Part shown: positions 29,968 through 40,626 of the stretch, piece by piece | How the letters are laid out: each line of letters starts with the position of its first letter | Position numbering within the stretch: position 1 is the stretch's first letter | NCBI GenBank assembly: GCA_034370405.1 | Contig: JAXMKY010000080.1 | Location: 1 to 52,567, forward strand | Length of the DNA: 52,567 nt | From: Bacteroidales bacterium | Lineage (GTDB): Bacteria; Bacteroidota; Bacteroidia; Bacteroidales; JAAYJT01 | Reading direction: 5' to 3' | Notes under the pieces: model-generated | Told to the model about the DNA's origin: nothing | The model's database searches: none | Seen by the model: the letters and a program-made list of their open reading frames with translations, nothing else | Translations under genes and position numbers: made by a program

Positions 29968-30090
29968 ATGTTGCTCGCATCTCAGGTTGACTCACGAATT
30001 GAACCGCATCCTATTTCAAAAACAGATTTTTATTCAAATAATCCTTTTGTAGCTGAAATTAAAAGGACAAGCATTGAAATTTATGCGTGA
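29968..30090 (+). pseudogene. Minimal nucleotidyltransferase (MNT) C-terminal remnant
   Basis: LLASQVDSRIEPHPISKTDFYSNNPFVAEIKRTSIEI resembles the C-terminus of MNT antitoxins; the GS..DxD N-terminal half is absent. Confidence 0.6.
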
Positions 30091-30308
30091 ATGCACGTTG
30101 TAATCCACTTGATAAGATAATTCAATTCTTTGTGCACCATTAAGCATTTGAAGGTGCAGATCGGCTAAGAATTCACCCTGATGTCCGGGCCTAAAAGGGA
30201 AAACCACTCTTTTTGGATCAGGAAATAACCGACACCAAGGTATAACGGAAACAACATTTCTATAACCCTACGGGTGAGATAAATGCATGTTTCTGAAGTT
30301 CGGAAAAT

Positions 30309-30335
30309 AAAAAACCCCGACTAAGCGGGGCTTTT
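30309..30335 (-). terminator. Terminator of tRNA-His (possibly bidirectional)
   Basis: AAAAAA-CCCCG-ACTAAG-CGGGG-CTTTT directly 3' of the tRNA. Confidence 0.7.
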
Positions 30336-30337
30336 AG

Positions 30338-30412
30338 GGTGGATAATGGGACTTGAACCCACGACCCTCAGAACCACAATCTGATGCTCTAACCAGCTGA
30401 GCTATACCCACC
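30338..30412 (-). tRNA. tRNA-His (GTG)
   Basis: The minus strand reads G(-1)GTGGGTA TAGCTCAGCTGGTTAGAGC A TCAGA TT GTG GT TCTGA GGGTC GTGGG TTCAAGT CCCAT TATCCAC C. It has G-1 and C73, CCA is not encoded, and TATTTTTG lies upstream (30424-30431). Confidence 0.97.
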
Positions 30413-30518
30413 ATTTAGGCTGACAAAAATAGTAAATTTTTTGTTTTGCCATTACAACGAAGCCGAAATTTTCGAAAACGACCCGGCATTAATATTTTTC
30501 AGCACCTTTGCAATCAGA

Positions 30519-31757
30519 ATGTTCCGAAAAAAACTATACACATCCTCTTCGTCGCCCAACGTCGCGGCCCTACGTAGGCTGTTGCGCAGTAAGCTCACCT
30601 TAGCTGCTATTTTTGTGATCGCCCTGGCTATGATGGTGGCCATCCTTGGCTACCTGATCTCTCCAGATAACTCACCCTTTGCCAACGAACAGTATATCGA
30701 AATTTCCGCCCAAAAACCGGGATTCAAAGCCTATATGCTCAAGTATCGCAAAAATGAAACCGTACATGCGCAGTCAGTAATGAAAACCATGATCTATGGC
30801 AAGAGGAGTAATTATAAGCTAATACCCTTCAATGCCTATCGTTTTGATAATGATCAAATTGTGCTTGCCGAGTTTGATCCTTTCCCATCAGAAAATCCAC
30901 GTGAACACCGCTATCGCCTTGCCGATGTGGTATTTGCCTTAGCACCCAACGCGCCTTATGTGATCGGCCCCGATAGTGCCCGGTTCACCACATTGGAAGG
31001 CACTTCTTTTACTTATGCAATCGCCCACTTACAACAGGTTGTTTCAAAAACCCATTTTATTACCAAACGCTTCCCGCTTGGCTCCGACCGCTATGGCCGA
31101 GATGTACTCAGCCAGCTGATGATCGGCACCCGGGTCAGCCTATCGGTAGGTCTTATTGCAGTATTGATTTCCCTGCTGGCAGGCATTTTTATAGGAGCAC
31201 TCGGGGGTTATTTCAGGGGTTGGATTGATACTTTCGTAATGTGGCTGATCAATGTGGTGTGGTCTATTCCTACCTTGTTGCTGGTGATCGCCATAACGTT
31301 TGCGCTGGGCAAGGGCTTCTGGCAGGTGTTTGTGGCTGTAGGCCTTACAATGTGGGTTGAAGTGGCAAGGGTGGTGAGGGGACAGATATTATCGGTTCGC
31401 GAGAAAGAGTATGTAGAAGCCGCCCGCGCCCTGGGTTTCGGACATGCACGCATCATCATCCGTCATATACTCCCCAATGTGATGGGCCCTGTAATTGTGA
31501 TTTCGGCAGCTAATTTTGCATCGGCAATCCTGATCGAGGCAGGATTAAGCTTTCTGGGGTTGGGAGTGCAACCACCCATGCCATCGTGGGGCACCATGAT
31601 CAAAGAAAATTATGCTTACATCATCCTCGATAAAGCTTACCTGGCCATTTTGCCGGGTCTGGCCATCATGATCATGGTACTGGCATTTATGATAATAGGT
31701 AATGGCTTACGCGACGCGCTAGATATCAAGACCATCGAAAAACCGGGTAGGCTATAA
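30519..31757 (+). CDS. ABC transporter permease (DppC/OppC-like), orphan
   Basis: 'LGSDRYGRD', EAA loop 'EYVEAARALG...RIIIRHILPN', 'LSFLGLG..PP..SWG'. Confidence 0.9.
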   Translation: MFRKKLYTSSSSPNVAALRRLLRSKLTLAAIFVIALAMMVAILGYLISPDNSPFANEQYIEISAQKPGFKAYMLKYRKNETVHAQSVMKTMIYGKRSNYKLIPFNAYRFDNDQIVLAEFDPFPSENPREHRYRLADVVFALAPNAPYVIGPDSARFTTLEGTSFTYAIAHLQQVVSKTHFITKRFPLGSDRYGRDVLSQLMIGTRVSLSVGLIAVLISLLAGIFIGALGGYFRGWIDTFVMWLINVVWSIPTLLLVIAITFALGKGFWQVFVAVGLTMWVEVARVVRGQILSVREKEYVEAARALGFGHARIIIRHILPNVMGPVIVISAANFASAILIEAGLSFLGLGVQPPMPSWGTMIKENYAYIILDKAYLAILPGLAIMIMVLAFMIIGNGLRDALDIKTIEKPGRL

Positions 31758-34700
31758 ACTCAATTCCACAGCCCTGCAATCGTCGTCGAGATAGATCAGC
31801 TTGCCTTGCACCTTCCCATAACCCATTTTATACATAAGCTGCATATAGCCAAATAATTGTTCTTGATGTTTCTTTTGAGCAGAACCTGTCTTGAACTCGA
31901 TAACCTGGCACAATCCAGGTTGAATTATAATCCGGTCGGGGCGAAAAACAACCCCATTGGGCAATATTATCTCAGGCTCGGGCAGGATGGTGCCCTTGCA
32001 ATTAAAAATTCCTTGCATCACAGGAGTTTGAGCAAACTTATGGAGCAGATTGCGGAACTCATCACTAAGCTCAGGAGCTATCTCGCCGGCTGCGAGCATA
32101 TCATCAAGCACCTGCTCTGCACTGGGCAAAGAAGTGATCCTCGCCAAAATACGGTGCACCAGGCTACCATGTGCACGGGCATCGGAGGTGTTGCCGCTAA
32201 ACCAAGTTTCAGGAGCCTGGCTGCCAAGCACAACCCGTTGTTTCCAGCTTATCCTGCTATCTTGCTCGATTGTGATAGGTCCTTCCTGAAATGCAAAGAC
32301 CTGGCTATCGGCAGTTTTCGTTGCACCAGTGGGGCAATAAGGCTGGCCAAAAGTATATATTGAGCCATCGCTGGCCTCAAAACCGGCATCTTGCGATTGT
32401 ATGAATTCTTGTATGAAAACAGGAACAGACATTTTTTCAGAGGTCTTCGAGTCCTTAGCTTGGGTAAGAATGTAAAGCCTGTCTTCGGGGCGGGTGCAGG
32501 CTACATACATAATATTCAGCAAATCGAGTAGTGTTTTATCCTCTTCCTCTTCTTTCAGATGAGCCAACGGGGTATTGCCAAGACTTTCATAAGGCAGGTA
32601 AGCCGTTTTGATATTGCCAAGCAAAGGATCGTCCAGATCAACCCAGCTACTTGCACCACGCAAGCTGACGCTGGTGGACGCAAAAGGATATATCACTACC
32701 GGAAACTGCAGCCCTTTGGATTTGTGAATACTCATCACCTTTACCGCGTCAATATTTGCGGGAAAAGCTACTGAAATATCAGCCCCTTTTTCCTCCCACC
32801 ACGACAGCAGGCTATCAGCTTGCAGGCTGTTTTTCATGGTTTTTGCGTGTAATTCCTCGCAAAAAAATTGCAGGTAAATGTCTTCGGGTTCATTCAATCC
32901 GAAGAGCCGTATCAACTCTTCAGCCAAATCGTATAGGTTAAGAGTTAAGAGCAATTGGCGATTGTATTCAAATCCATGATGAGTAAGCAGTTGTTTGAAT
33001 TTATCAGGGTCGAAAGTGTTCTTATACCTGGTATCAGGTGCTGGGTTGAAAACCTGCACGATAGTCTCATGCAAACCAACGGTTGAAATAAGGTTCAATT
33101 TTATCAGGTTGCTTATTGCTTCAACATAAGCCAAGTGATCGGCGGGGTTGATGACCAAGCGCATACATGCCATGATCAGTCGAACCTTTTCGGAGCTTCC
33201 AAGCAACAGCGAATCGGACGATATCACGGCAATTTCGTTTTTCAGCAGGTATCGGGCGAGTAGCGCACAGCTTTTATTGGTGCGGCAGAGCACAGCAATA
33301 TCGCCGGCGCTGTAACCGTCTTCGATCACGGATTGTACAATTTGCATCACACGGTCGCACTGACGTTCGATCCATGCATTGCCTTTGTTGTTGAGCATAA
33401 ACTCAATATGAACGTACCCATGGGGCTTGTCATCCCTGTATTTCTGATTAACATCTTCGTATACACCTGTCATCCCCTGCGGGAGTTTATTTGCCAGGAA
33501 CGAAAACAAATTATTGTTAAACTCAACAACCGTTTTGTGCGAGCGGTAATTCTTATCTAAATTTACATACCGATAGTGTCGCTCCAAGGTACTTTGCCGT
33601 TCGGCGTCAATTTCCGACCGCAGCCTGGTAAGTAGCGGGAGGTTGATAAACTGCTCCACCTCACCATTGCGCCAGCGATAGATGGCCTGTTTTCCATCGC
33701 CAACTACAAGGTTAAAATAATTGGATGCCAGCGAGTTATCAACAAGAGGTAGCAGGTTGAACCATTGTAAGACTGAAGTATCCTGGAATTCGTCAATCAT
33801 GAAATGCTTGAAGCGAGTGCCGATTCTTTCATAAATAAATGGTACGGGTTCACTCATAGTCACCTCTGATACAATGCGATTGAATTCTGAGATGGGAAGA
33901 ATTTTTTCCTCTTCTTTTATCTCAGATACAATCTTTTCAATTCCGGCCAATACTGCAGTGGCGTATAACTGCTTGAGCAGGAGCTTATATAGCTTATAGG
34001 TTGCAAGTTTGCTTGATAGCAGGGATGTTGCCTCATTGTAAAAGTGGAGTAACTGGGGTTTTATTTGTTCAATCCTAACGCAGATTGAAGGCTCTTGTTT
34101 TTTCGAAGTCCAGATGTCTTCTTCAATGGCCTGGATGATATATGCGTTTTTCGTGGAGGCATCTTCAAGCTTATTGGACTTCAACTTGACGTAAAACCCT
34201 GCTATGCCCTTTGCTCCTTGAAAAAAATCAGAAACCTGCAACTGGTGGTTTTCCATCAGTTGTATGGCTTGTTGGCCAACAAGATTTACTTGTTTTTCGA
34301 AACCTTCGTTCCACTGTCTGATCTTCCTGGATGATTCTCTGAAATCTTCGTATTTGACATTTTTCAGCGATTCACGCTGTTCCATCCCTTCTTCTCTGAA
34401 AAGTGACTTGGCCACCTCGTAAATATCCCGTTCGATCTTCCAGCTTTTATCATCCTCAGCTTTGGTTTCTGTGTAGTGAACCAGTAGGCTTGTGAGATCT
34501 GCATCCACCCCTACCCTATCAATCAAACGGTCAACGGCCCGAAGACAGAGAGAGTCGGTGTCGAGGTCAACTTCGTAGTTGTGTGGAAGATCGAGGTCAA
34601 TGCTGAAGGTGCGGATAACCCGCTGCATAAAACTATCAATGGTTGACACGGCCAGATCGGAATAGTTGTGCAGAATCTTACTTACTACCTTCGTTGCCTG

Positions 34701-34976
34701 TTCACGGACTTTCCGATCAGTATAGCCATGTGAAGCGATGAGCGAGCCAGCGATTTCCCGAGTGATCTTACTCCAGGATGCGGGTTCCTTCGACAGGTCA
34801 ATAAGACATTCAACGATTCGCTCCTTCATTTCGTTGGCAGCCTTGTTGGTGAAGGTGATGGCCAGAATACGACGGAAACTATCGGGGTCCAGCACTACTA
34901 ACGTGATGAATTCCCTGACAAGGGTAAAAGTTTTACCCGAGCCGGCAGAGGATTTGTAAACCGTAAAGTTCATCAT
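31752..34976 (-). CDS. addA: UvrD-type helicase/nuclease AddA
   Basis: 'SSAGSGKTF', 'AITFTNKAA.EMKERI', 'IDEFQDTS', 'VGDGKQAIYRWR', 'SIHKSKGL', and a C-terminal 'RPDR...EFKTG' nuclease. Confidence 0.88.
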   Translation of the reverse strand: MMNFTVYKSSAGSGKTFTLVREFITLVVLDPDSFRRILAITFTNKAANEMKERIVECLIDLSKEPASWSKITREIAGSLIASHGYTDRKVREQATKVVSKILHNYSDLAVSTIDSFMQRVIRTFSIDLDLPHNYEVDLDTDSLCLRAVDRLIDRVGVDADLTSLLVHYTETKAEDDKSWKIERDIYEVAKSLFREEGMEQRESLKNVKYEDFRESSRKIRQWNEGFEKQVNLVGQQAIQLMENHQLQVSDFFQGAKGIAGFYVKLKSNKLEDASTKNAYIIQAIEEDIWTSKKQEPSICVRIEQIKPQLLHFYNEATSLLSSKLATYKLYKLLLKQLYATAVLAGIEKIVSEIKEEEKILPISEFNRIVSEVTMSEPVPFIYERIGTRFKHFMIDEFQDTSVLQWFNLLPLVDNSLASNYFNLVVGDGKQAIYRWRNGEVEQFINLPLLTRLRSEIDAERQSTLERHYRYVNLDKNYRSHKTVVEFNNNLFSFLANKLPQGMTGVYEDVNQKYRDDKPHGYVHIEFMLNNKGNAWIERQCDRVMQIVQSVIEDGYSAGDIAVLCRTNKSCALLARYLLKNEIAVISSDSLLLGSSEKVRLIMACMRLVINPADHLAYVEAISNLIKLNLISTVGLHETIVQVFNPAPDTRYKNTFDPDKFKQLLTHHGFEYNRQLLLTLNLYDLAEELIRLFGLNEPEDIYLQFFCEELHAKTMKNSLQADSLLSWWEEKGADISVAFPANIDAVKVMSIHKSKGLQFPVVIYPFASTSVSLRGASSWVDLDDPLLGNIKTAYLPYESLGNTPLAHLKEEEEDKTLLDLLNIMYVACTRPEDRLYILTQAKDSKTSEKMSVPVFIQEFIQSQDAGFEASDGSIYTFGQPYCPTGATKTADSQVFAFQEGPITIEQDSRISWKQRVVLGSQAPETWFSGNTSDARAHGSLVHRILARITSLPSAEQVLDDMLAAGEIAPELSDEFRNLLHKFAQTPVMQGIFNCKGTILPEPEIILPNGVVFRPDRIIIQPGLCQVIEFKTGSAQKKHQEQLFGYMQLMYKMGYGKVQGKLIYLDDDCRAVELSL

Positions 34977-36061
34977 GAACCATTGGGTGAATGAATAAGA
35001 AGTTTTGATGTAACGATTTCATTTACAGTGCTGAACCTGAGAATATATATCCCATTTTTCAGCCCGTACTGTCTTAACGGCACCTGCTCCGTATGCTTGC
35101 CGACTGGAAAAAACCGGTTAACAACATTCAGTAGACGGCGACCTGTTAGATCAAACAAACATACCTGAACCATGCCGGCTTGTTGCTGGACGAACGAGAC
35201 AGTGATTTGATCCACGGCTGGATTAGGAAAGATGTTTACATGCCGGGCAGGTAAATAAATGTCAGGCACTCCTACAAACATACGTAGTGAGTCCCTATAG
35301 GTTGCCGTAATGGCCAGACCCTCCTCATTAATCTGAATCACAGGCACTTTCATACCTATAGCCAACCATTTGTATTCAACGATCTGCCTGTTCAAGGATT
35401 GTCCGGCAGCCAATGAATCAACGTATATGCTATCTCGGGTAGTGAGGTAAGACTTGATCCTCATGCACTGAAAAATGCCATAAGGTGTCTTGACGGTCCC
35501 CCAGGCATCCACATAATTCACCCGTTTGCGGTAGGTAGCATATAAACCAACACCGGGAAAGCCGAGGCTAAAGGTTGATGTGCTGCTATCGGTGCTGAGG
35601 TATGTAACCGGAAAGCGATACCAAATATCCGGGTTATCATATTTCATGGGCAGGGGCAAGCCGTTAAAAGTAACTCCCATGCCAGCCATTGCATAAGCGA
35701 CTGATGTTTTTCGATAAAACTCGTAGATATCGGTGAGTAAGAGACCCGGAATAAAATCAATGGAGGGCATTGGTGATGCGAGGTTGGCAACAGTGGCGTT
35801 AAATACTATTTGATAGAACAATGGCACAGACGATACAGTTTTAAATGTGTCAACACGTTGTATTGAAGCTTGCAGTGAGCTGAAATCCCAGGTGATGTTG
35901 GCACCTGCCTGTTGAAAATTTATTCCGGATGGTACCAATACGGTACTGAGGCGTAGCGTATCTCCGGCCACAGGCATATCATTTTGATTTACAATAATTT
36001 GCGAATGCACTCCTAAGTTCAGAAAGGCGAATACTACAACAAGGAACTGTCTTGATTTCAT
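34973..36061 (-). CDS. Secreted protein with a T9SS type A C-terminal sorting domain
   Basis: Signal peptide MKSRQFLVVVFAF and CTD 'NIFPNPA...GIYILRF...SKLLI'. Confidence 0.85.
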   Translation of the reverse strand: MKSRQFLVVVFAFLNLGVHSQIIVNQNDMPVAGDTLRLSTVLVPSGINFQQAGANITWDFSSLQASIQRVDTFKTVSSVPLFYQIVFNATVANLASPMPSIDFIPGLLLTDIYEFYRKTSVAYAMAGMGVTFNGLPLPMKYDNPDIWYRFPVTYLSTDSSTSTFSLGFPGVGLYATYRKRVNYVDAWGTVKTPYGIFQCMRIKSYLTTRDSIYVDSLAAGQSLNRQIVEYKWLAIGMKVPVIQINEEGLAITATYRDSLRMFVGVPDIYLPARHVNIFPNPAVDQITVSFVQQQAGMVQVCLFDLTGRRLLNVVNRFFPVGKHTEQVPLRQYGLKNGIYILRFSTVNEIVTSKLLIHSPNGS

Positions 36062-36099
36062 TTGGGTTCGGATTAAAAATGTTGTATAACAATGCAATT

Positions 36100-39000
36100 C
36101 TAGTATAATTCGGTATTGGTAGGCAAAAGAAAGAGGCTTCCATCCTTGTTGTTGTTCACAACTTCTCCTTCAACGGGGGTTTTACGGCGACGCCTAAAAA
36201 GGTCGTTGATACCGTTGAATTCCCTGCGGTAGAAAAATGCAACACCTTGGGTATAGGGCGTTTCTTGTCTGGTAATGTCAAGTTCGTTGTATTTATTAAA
36301 GGCCCTGACACGAAAACGTCCGTCGCGCGTAAGCAAGAATTCCACGTTTATATCACCGATAACATTGCTGGCATTTTGGTTTTCGCGATTGCCCACCAGG
36401 AAGTTACCGTCAATGAGAACGCGGTCATCAAATAGCTGGGTTGAGAGAGCCAACTCAAGCTCTTCGGGCGTAAGTTCATCTTCTGGCCGGTAGTTTAACC
36501 CGAAATCGAAGTCTTTACTAATTTGTGAGATCCAATTGCTCAACTGACTGGATATAAGATCGAAAGATGACGTTTCCAGTGAAGTGGCAAAGTTTCCCTG
36601 TTCCACCGAAAAATTAAAATTACCAAGCAAGAGCAAGGAGATCACCTGGCGGCTAAGCATTACCTGGTTGGTGGTATCAATAACGCTAAACACCTCACGT
36701 TGAACATTTTGATCAACATTTGGCATTCGCAGGCTGAATGTGATATCTGGATCCATTAGGTTGTTTTTGAGTTTCAGCACACAATCAACCGGAAATCGGC
36801 GGTTGCTAAACTCTTCGCTGATGTTAGGAAGGCCGTTCAGGTTTACTTTCAGCTTATAAATGGCACTTAAATCTATTTCGGCATCGTAGGGGCTTCCACT
36901 CCATCGGATAACACCCCCTTTTTGGAGCACAAACGGACGGTTTATGAAATTTTTCAGCGTAAACAGGAAGGTTCCCTGGTGCATGAAATAATCACCGTAC
37001 ATTGTGAAATCACCATTAGTATTGTAATGCATCTTTATCTTGCCATTGCCTGTGCTTTGGATATTGCCCATCTGATATGGAAGAAATAGCTGGATGTCAG
37101 CATCGCGCGTAACGTCAAGGTCCATATTCATGCGAACGGCAGAGCTGGATTCAATCTTCCTGATTGGTGTGTCAAGGGTACCGGAAGGATTATTGAATAT
37201 GATAAACGTGTTGTCAGCAACATCCACTGCATAGCTGATAGGGATGGTAATCGAAGTACGTGGTTCGGATTTCAGTTTTAAATCAATGGTTATGTCATCT
37301 AAGGGACCAAATACCACTACTGTACCACTCACATAGGCTGTTCCATAGAACAAGCTGTTTTGCGAGGCATCGGTTTCGAGGCCTGCCAGATTGCTGGCGG
37401 TAATCTTCACCTCAAGCCTGAAATCGTCGAAATTTTTGTGAAGAACTTGCACATCACACAATCCACTGTTGCCGAAATTGTCGAAAACCTGTATGTTGTT
37501 TCCATATATCCTGTCTTTCTCAAAGTGTATCAAATCGGCCAGCGAATACGAGATATTGGTATAATCGAACCTGAATTCAGCGCGCATAAGGCGAAGGTCT
37601 CCTTCTACAATAGGTTCAGAAACAGGTCCTTTAATTGCGAGTTCCCCGGTAGCCAAGCCTTGTATGTTCGAAAAAAGTCCTTCTACGTATGGTTCAAGGG
37701 TTTGAAGCTTAAAATTATTCACCTTCAGCAGGAAATCAAGATTATTATTAGCCTTGTTGGGAAAATAATTCCCTGTTAGCGAAAGTGGTACGATCGTTCC
37801 AATATTGCCCGTGTATGTGATATGAGTATTCACCCAAATTGATTCGCTGGTGGAGTTCCACGTAGCATTTACAAAAAGATCGCCCAACGGCTCGCTGTTA
37901 AAGATGGTTTTATTAAGCACCAAATTGGCACTTAATCCTGGATTATCATACACGTTATTCACACCTATGCTGCCGCTAAGTATGCCTTTTACATCTATTC
38001 CGTAATAATATAGTATGGGGTCGAGGCTTGAAATGCTGAATGCCTCGAATGTTGCCAGCAGATCGTCAGTGGGATTGGGTGAGATTTTTCCTTCGATCTT
38101 GATTTTTTGGTTTGAGCCTGCCAATGCCAAATTGCGGATGGTTATAGTATCGGTATCAAAAAGCACGCTGTTGTTGTGGTTAAAAGCCCAAGGGTCACCG
38201 CCAATCATCAGTTCCGATTGCGTTATTCTGAACTCAACCTGTGGAATGTTCACGAAAGTGAGAAAACCGTCAACCCGGCCCGAATTCAGCTTCGGATTGA
38301 AGTGGTCGGCCCACGAAAATTTATACTGTATGGTGTCGCCCGAAAATTCTCCGGTCAGAAGTACTTTCTCAAGGCTTACCTTGAGCGAATCGGATTTGGT
38401 TGGCTCCTTGATATAAATATGGCTTAGGGTGGTGCGCAATTTGAGGTTTCGATCCTGGGCCAGAATACTGATATTCAGGTTTTTAAATTTAATTCCCTGT
38501 ATTTTCAGCGAAGGCGAATTGGCTTTGAGAATTATACTCTCGATTTTAGTATCGAAATCCGCTTCCACGAGTGCTCCCTCTTCAATAAAGATATCTGGAA
38601 AAAACAACTCAGAAAAAATATCTGTTTCCTTAAGCCGGATAATAGCGTTGAATGATTGATTTGGAATGGCAATATCATTCTGATCAAGGCTAAGTGCCAG
38701 GGATGGAAGGTATTGGTGCATCATTTTTTTTAGGGCCGGCCAAAGTTTAGCATAGTCAAACACGCCTTTAATGTCGGCGTCGGCATAATCGGATCGAAGG
38801 GTAAGTGTTTTTTGAAGCAACGAATCGGGATTGGCTTCCAGCACAAGGTTTTTTAAATTATATACCTTCCCTGCTTCGCTATATCGAGTATCGTTGATTA
38901 TGATTTTGCCCTGCAACTCATCAAGGTTTGACCCTGAGAAATTGATGGTGAGACTGGAACTAAGCGTTGATGATAAATCTCTGTTTATCAGATTCATTGT

Positions 39001-40620
39001 ACTAAGCCGTGCATCAACCAGCAAGGCAGAGAAATCGAACACCGGGGGATCCTGGTTCAAATCAAACAAGCCCTGGAATCCAAACTGTATTAGCTCGTCG
39101 TTGATCGAAAGTTGCCCGTCGAATTTTTTGTCCTTTAGCTCCCCTTTCATCGTGATGCGGTCATAGCTATTTCTCCTGAATTCGAGTGAGTCAACAACGG
39201 CGTTGAACTGCAGGTCGAAATTTGAAGGAAATCGCCCCGTGCCAACAACATCGGCAGTCAGATTCAGGGTACCGAAATTTTCGGTATCAGCCAGCAATTT
39301 CCCCAAATTAAACGCCTTGGTAGCTAAGCTTCCTTTATATTGAAGCTCATCAGTTTCAAAATCATATCGCAACGCGATGTCGGTATTCACCTTTCCCATG
39401 TTGGATGTGAAGGTTCCGTAGGAAACAAAATCGGTATAGAAGCCAGTAAATATGGCTTTGACACGTATTACTCCCAGTTGATAGAATTCCTCGGACAAGC
39501 TAAGGTATGTTGGCCCATTTGATGATGGCAAACGAAAAGTGGTAAGGTCGCGGCTTTGTGTTGTTAATTCCTTGATATCAAGATGAATAAATGTTTCGGC
39601 TAATCCAGGAAGACCATCCAAAGTGAGGTTTCCGACGAAGCGGGTTGAGCGACCATAAGTAAAACGAAGGTTTTTGGCACGTAAACTTTTTATTTCTCCT
39701 GACAGGTTTCCCTCAAGCGTGAAAAGATTGTCCATGCCTCGCATTTCGGGAACAAACCACGAAATGTCATTCAGGTTAAGTTCTGATGGGTGAATTGTTG
39801 CTTGTAGGTAAACGCTATCGGTAAAATGCGAAAATGCTTTAAGGCTGCTGAAATGCATACCAAAATCAAGCAGCAAATCCGAGTGATCTGTTTGCAGGAT
39901 GCTGTTATTCAATTCGATAGAAGTAGGACAAAACACCAGGTCAGCTGTCAGTCGCCGCAGATTAAACCCACTGTGTTCCACAGCACTCAGATGATGAATG
40001 TACGCCAGGAGGGTGTCGCCGGAAGATGAAATATTGTTGGCAGTCAAATTCATATTCTGAAGCCGAAGGTGGTTAACGTCAATGCCATAGCTTGCAGGCT
40101 CCCTGTTAAAATCCTGCATCGCGAAGCAAGCATTACTGATAGTCAGGCTGGCCAGATCGAAGCGCCAGGGTCTTGATTCTGTTGCTATGGTATCGCCTGG
40201 ACCAAAATAATCAACAAGGAACTGAAAATTAAAATTGTCATTCCCTTTCAACTTCAGCAGGTTTATCTCCGGATTCTCGAGCAATATTCGTCCTAAATGG
40301 AAGAAGCGTTTTTTCAAGCTGAGTTTGTGCAAGCTTAGTTCTAAACGTTGGGTATGAAGCAATGGCTTCCCCTCTAAGCCATCAATTCCAAAATTTATTG
40401 CTTCAACTGACAAAGGAAGCCTAACCCGCAGTTTTTCGATATACACGTTGGTGCCCAGCTCATTGCTTAGATAGGTGGTGGCTTTATGTGCCAACCAGGT
40501 TTGCACAGGACCAAGTCCTAACGCCAACCATAAAGCAAGGAGCAATACTGCCAGCAACAGCAGCGTACGGGCCGTGATACGAAGTGCTTTTTTGATAACT
40601 TTGTCGTTTTCCAAAATCAA
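36100..40620 (-). CDS. tamB: Translocation and assembly module TamB (AsmA-like, DUF490)
   Basis: N-terminal TM anchor followed by 'VQTWLA', ~1500 aa beta-rich, C-terminal 'YTQGVAFFYRREF'. The start codon is uncertain (non-ATG). Confidence 0.85.
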   Translation of the reverse strand: MILENDKVIKKALRITARTLLLLAVLLLALWLALGLGPVQTWLAHKATTYLSNELGTNVYIEKLRVRLPLSVEAINFGIDGLEGKPLLHTQRLELSLHKLSLKKRFFHLGRILLENPEINLLKLKGNDNFNFQFLVDYFGPGDTIATESRPWRFDLASLTISNACFAMQDFNREPASYGIDVNHLRLQNMNLTANNISSSGDTLLAYIHHLSAVEHSGFNLRRLTADLVFCPTSIELNNSILQTDHSDLLLDFGMHFSSLKAFSHFTDSVYLQATIHPSELNLNDISWFVPEMRGMDNLFTLEGNLSGEIKSLRAKNLRFTYGRSTRFVGNLTLDGLPGLAETFIHLDIKELTTQSRDLTTFRLPSSNGPTYLSLSEEFYQLGVIRVKAIFTGFYTDFVSYGTFTSNMGKVNTDIALRYDFETDELQYKGSLATKAFNLGKLLADTENFGTLNLTADVVGTGRFPSNFDLQFNAVVDSLEFRRNSYDRITMKGELKDKKFDGQLSINDELIQFGFQGLFDLNQDPPVFDFSALLVDARLSTMNLINRDLSSTLSSSLTINFSGSNLDELQGKIIINDTRYSEAGKVYNLKNLVLEANPDSLLQKTLTLRSDYADADIKGVFDYAKLWPALKKMMHQYLPSLALSLDQNDIAIPNQSFNAIIRLKETDIFSELFFPDIFIEEGALVEADFDTKIESIILKANSPSLKIQGIKFKNLNISILAQDRNLKLRTTLSHIYIKEPTKSDSLKVSLEKVLLTGEFSGDTIQYKFSWADHFNPKLNSGRVDGFLTFVNIPQVEFRITQSELMIGGDPWAFNHNNSVLFDTDTITIRNLALAGSNQKIKIEGKISPNPTDDLLATFEAFSISSLDPILYYYGIDVKGILSGSIGVNNVYDNPGLSANLVLNKTIFNSEPLGDLFVNATWNSTSESIWVNTHITYTGNIGTIVPLSLTGNYFPNKANNNLDFLLKVNNFKLQTLEPYVEGLFSNIQGLATGELAIKGPVSEPIVEGDLRLMRAEFRFDYTNISYSLADLIHFEKDRIYGNNIQVFDNFGNSGLCDVQVLHKNFDDFRLEVKITASNLAGLETDASQNSLFYGTAYVSGTVVVFGPLDDITIDLKLKSEPRTSITIPISYAVDVADNTFIIFNNPSGTLDTPIRKIESSSAVRMNMDLDVTRDADIQLFLPYQMGNIQSTGNGKIKMHYNTNGDFTMYGDYFMHQGTFLFTLKNFINRPFVLQKGGVIRWSGSPYDAEIDLSAIYKLKVNLNGLPNISEEFSNRRFPVDCVLKLKNNLMDPDITFSLRMPNVDQNVQREVFSVIDTTNQVMLSRQVISLLLLGNFNFSVEQGNFATSLETSSFDLISSQLSNWISQISKDFDFGLNYRPEDELTPEELELALSTQLFDDRVLIDGNFLVGNRENQNASNVIGDINVEFLLTRDGRFRVRAFNKYNELDITRQETPYTQGVAFFYRREFNGINDLFRRRRKTPVEGEVVNNNKDGSLFLLPTNTELY
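40596..40603 (+). promoter_or_regulatory. -7 element (TAACTTTG) for tsaD, overlapping the tamB 5' end
   Basis: TAnnTTTG 23 nt upstream of the tsaD ATG. Confidence 0.5.
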
Positions 40621-40626
40621 CGTGCT

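Noticed and set aside
30176-30226. Hammerhead ribozyme (CTGATG...GAAA)
   Set aside because: The core reads CTGATGT rather than CTGANGA, and the three stems could not be built.
29596-30340. Integrated element at tRNA-His with an att duplication
   Set aside because: No repeat of the tRNA 3' end and no integrase were seen nearby; only the TA relic is present.
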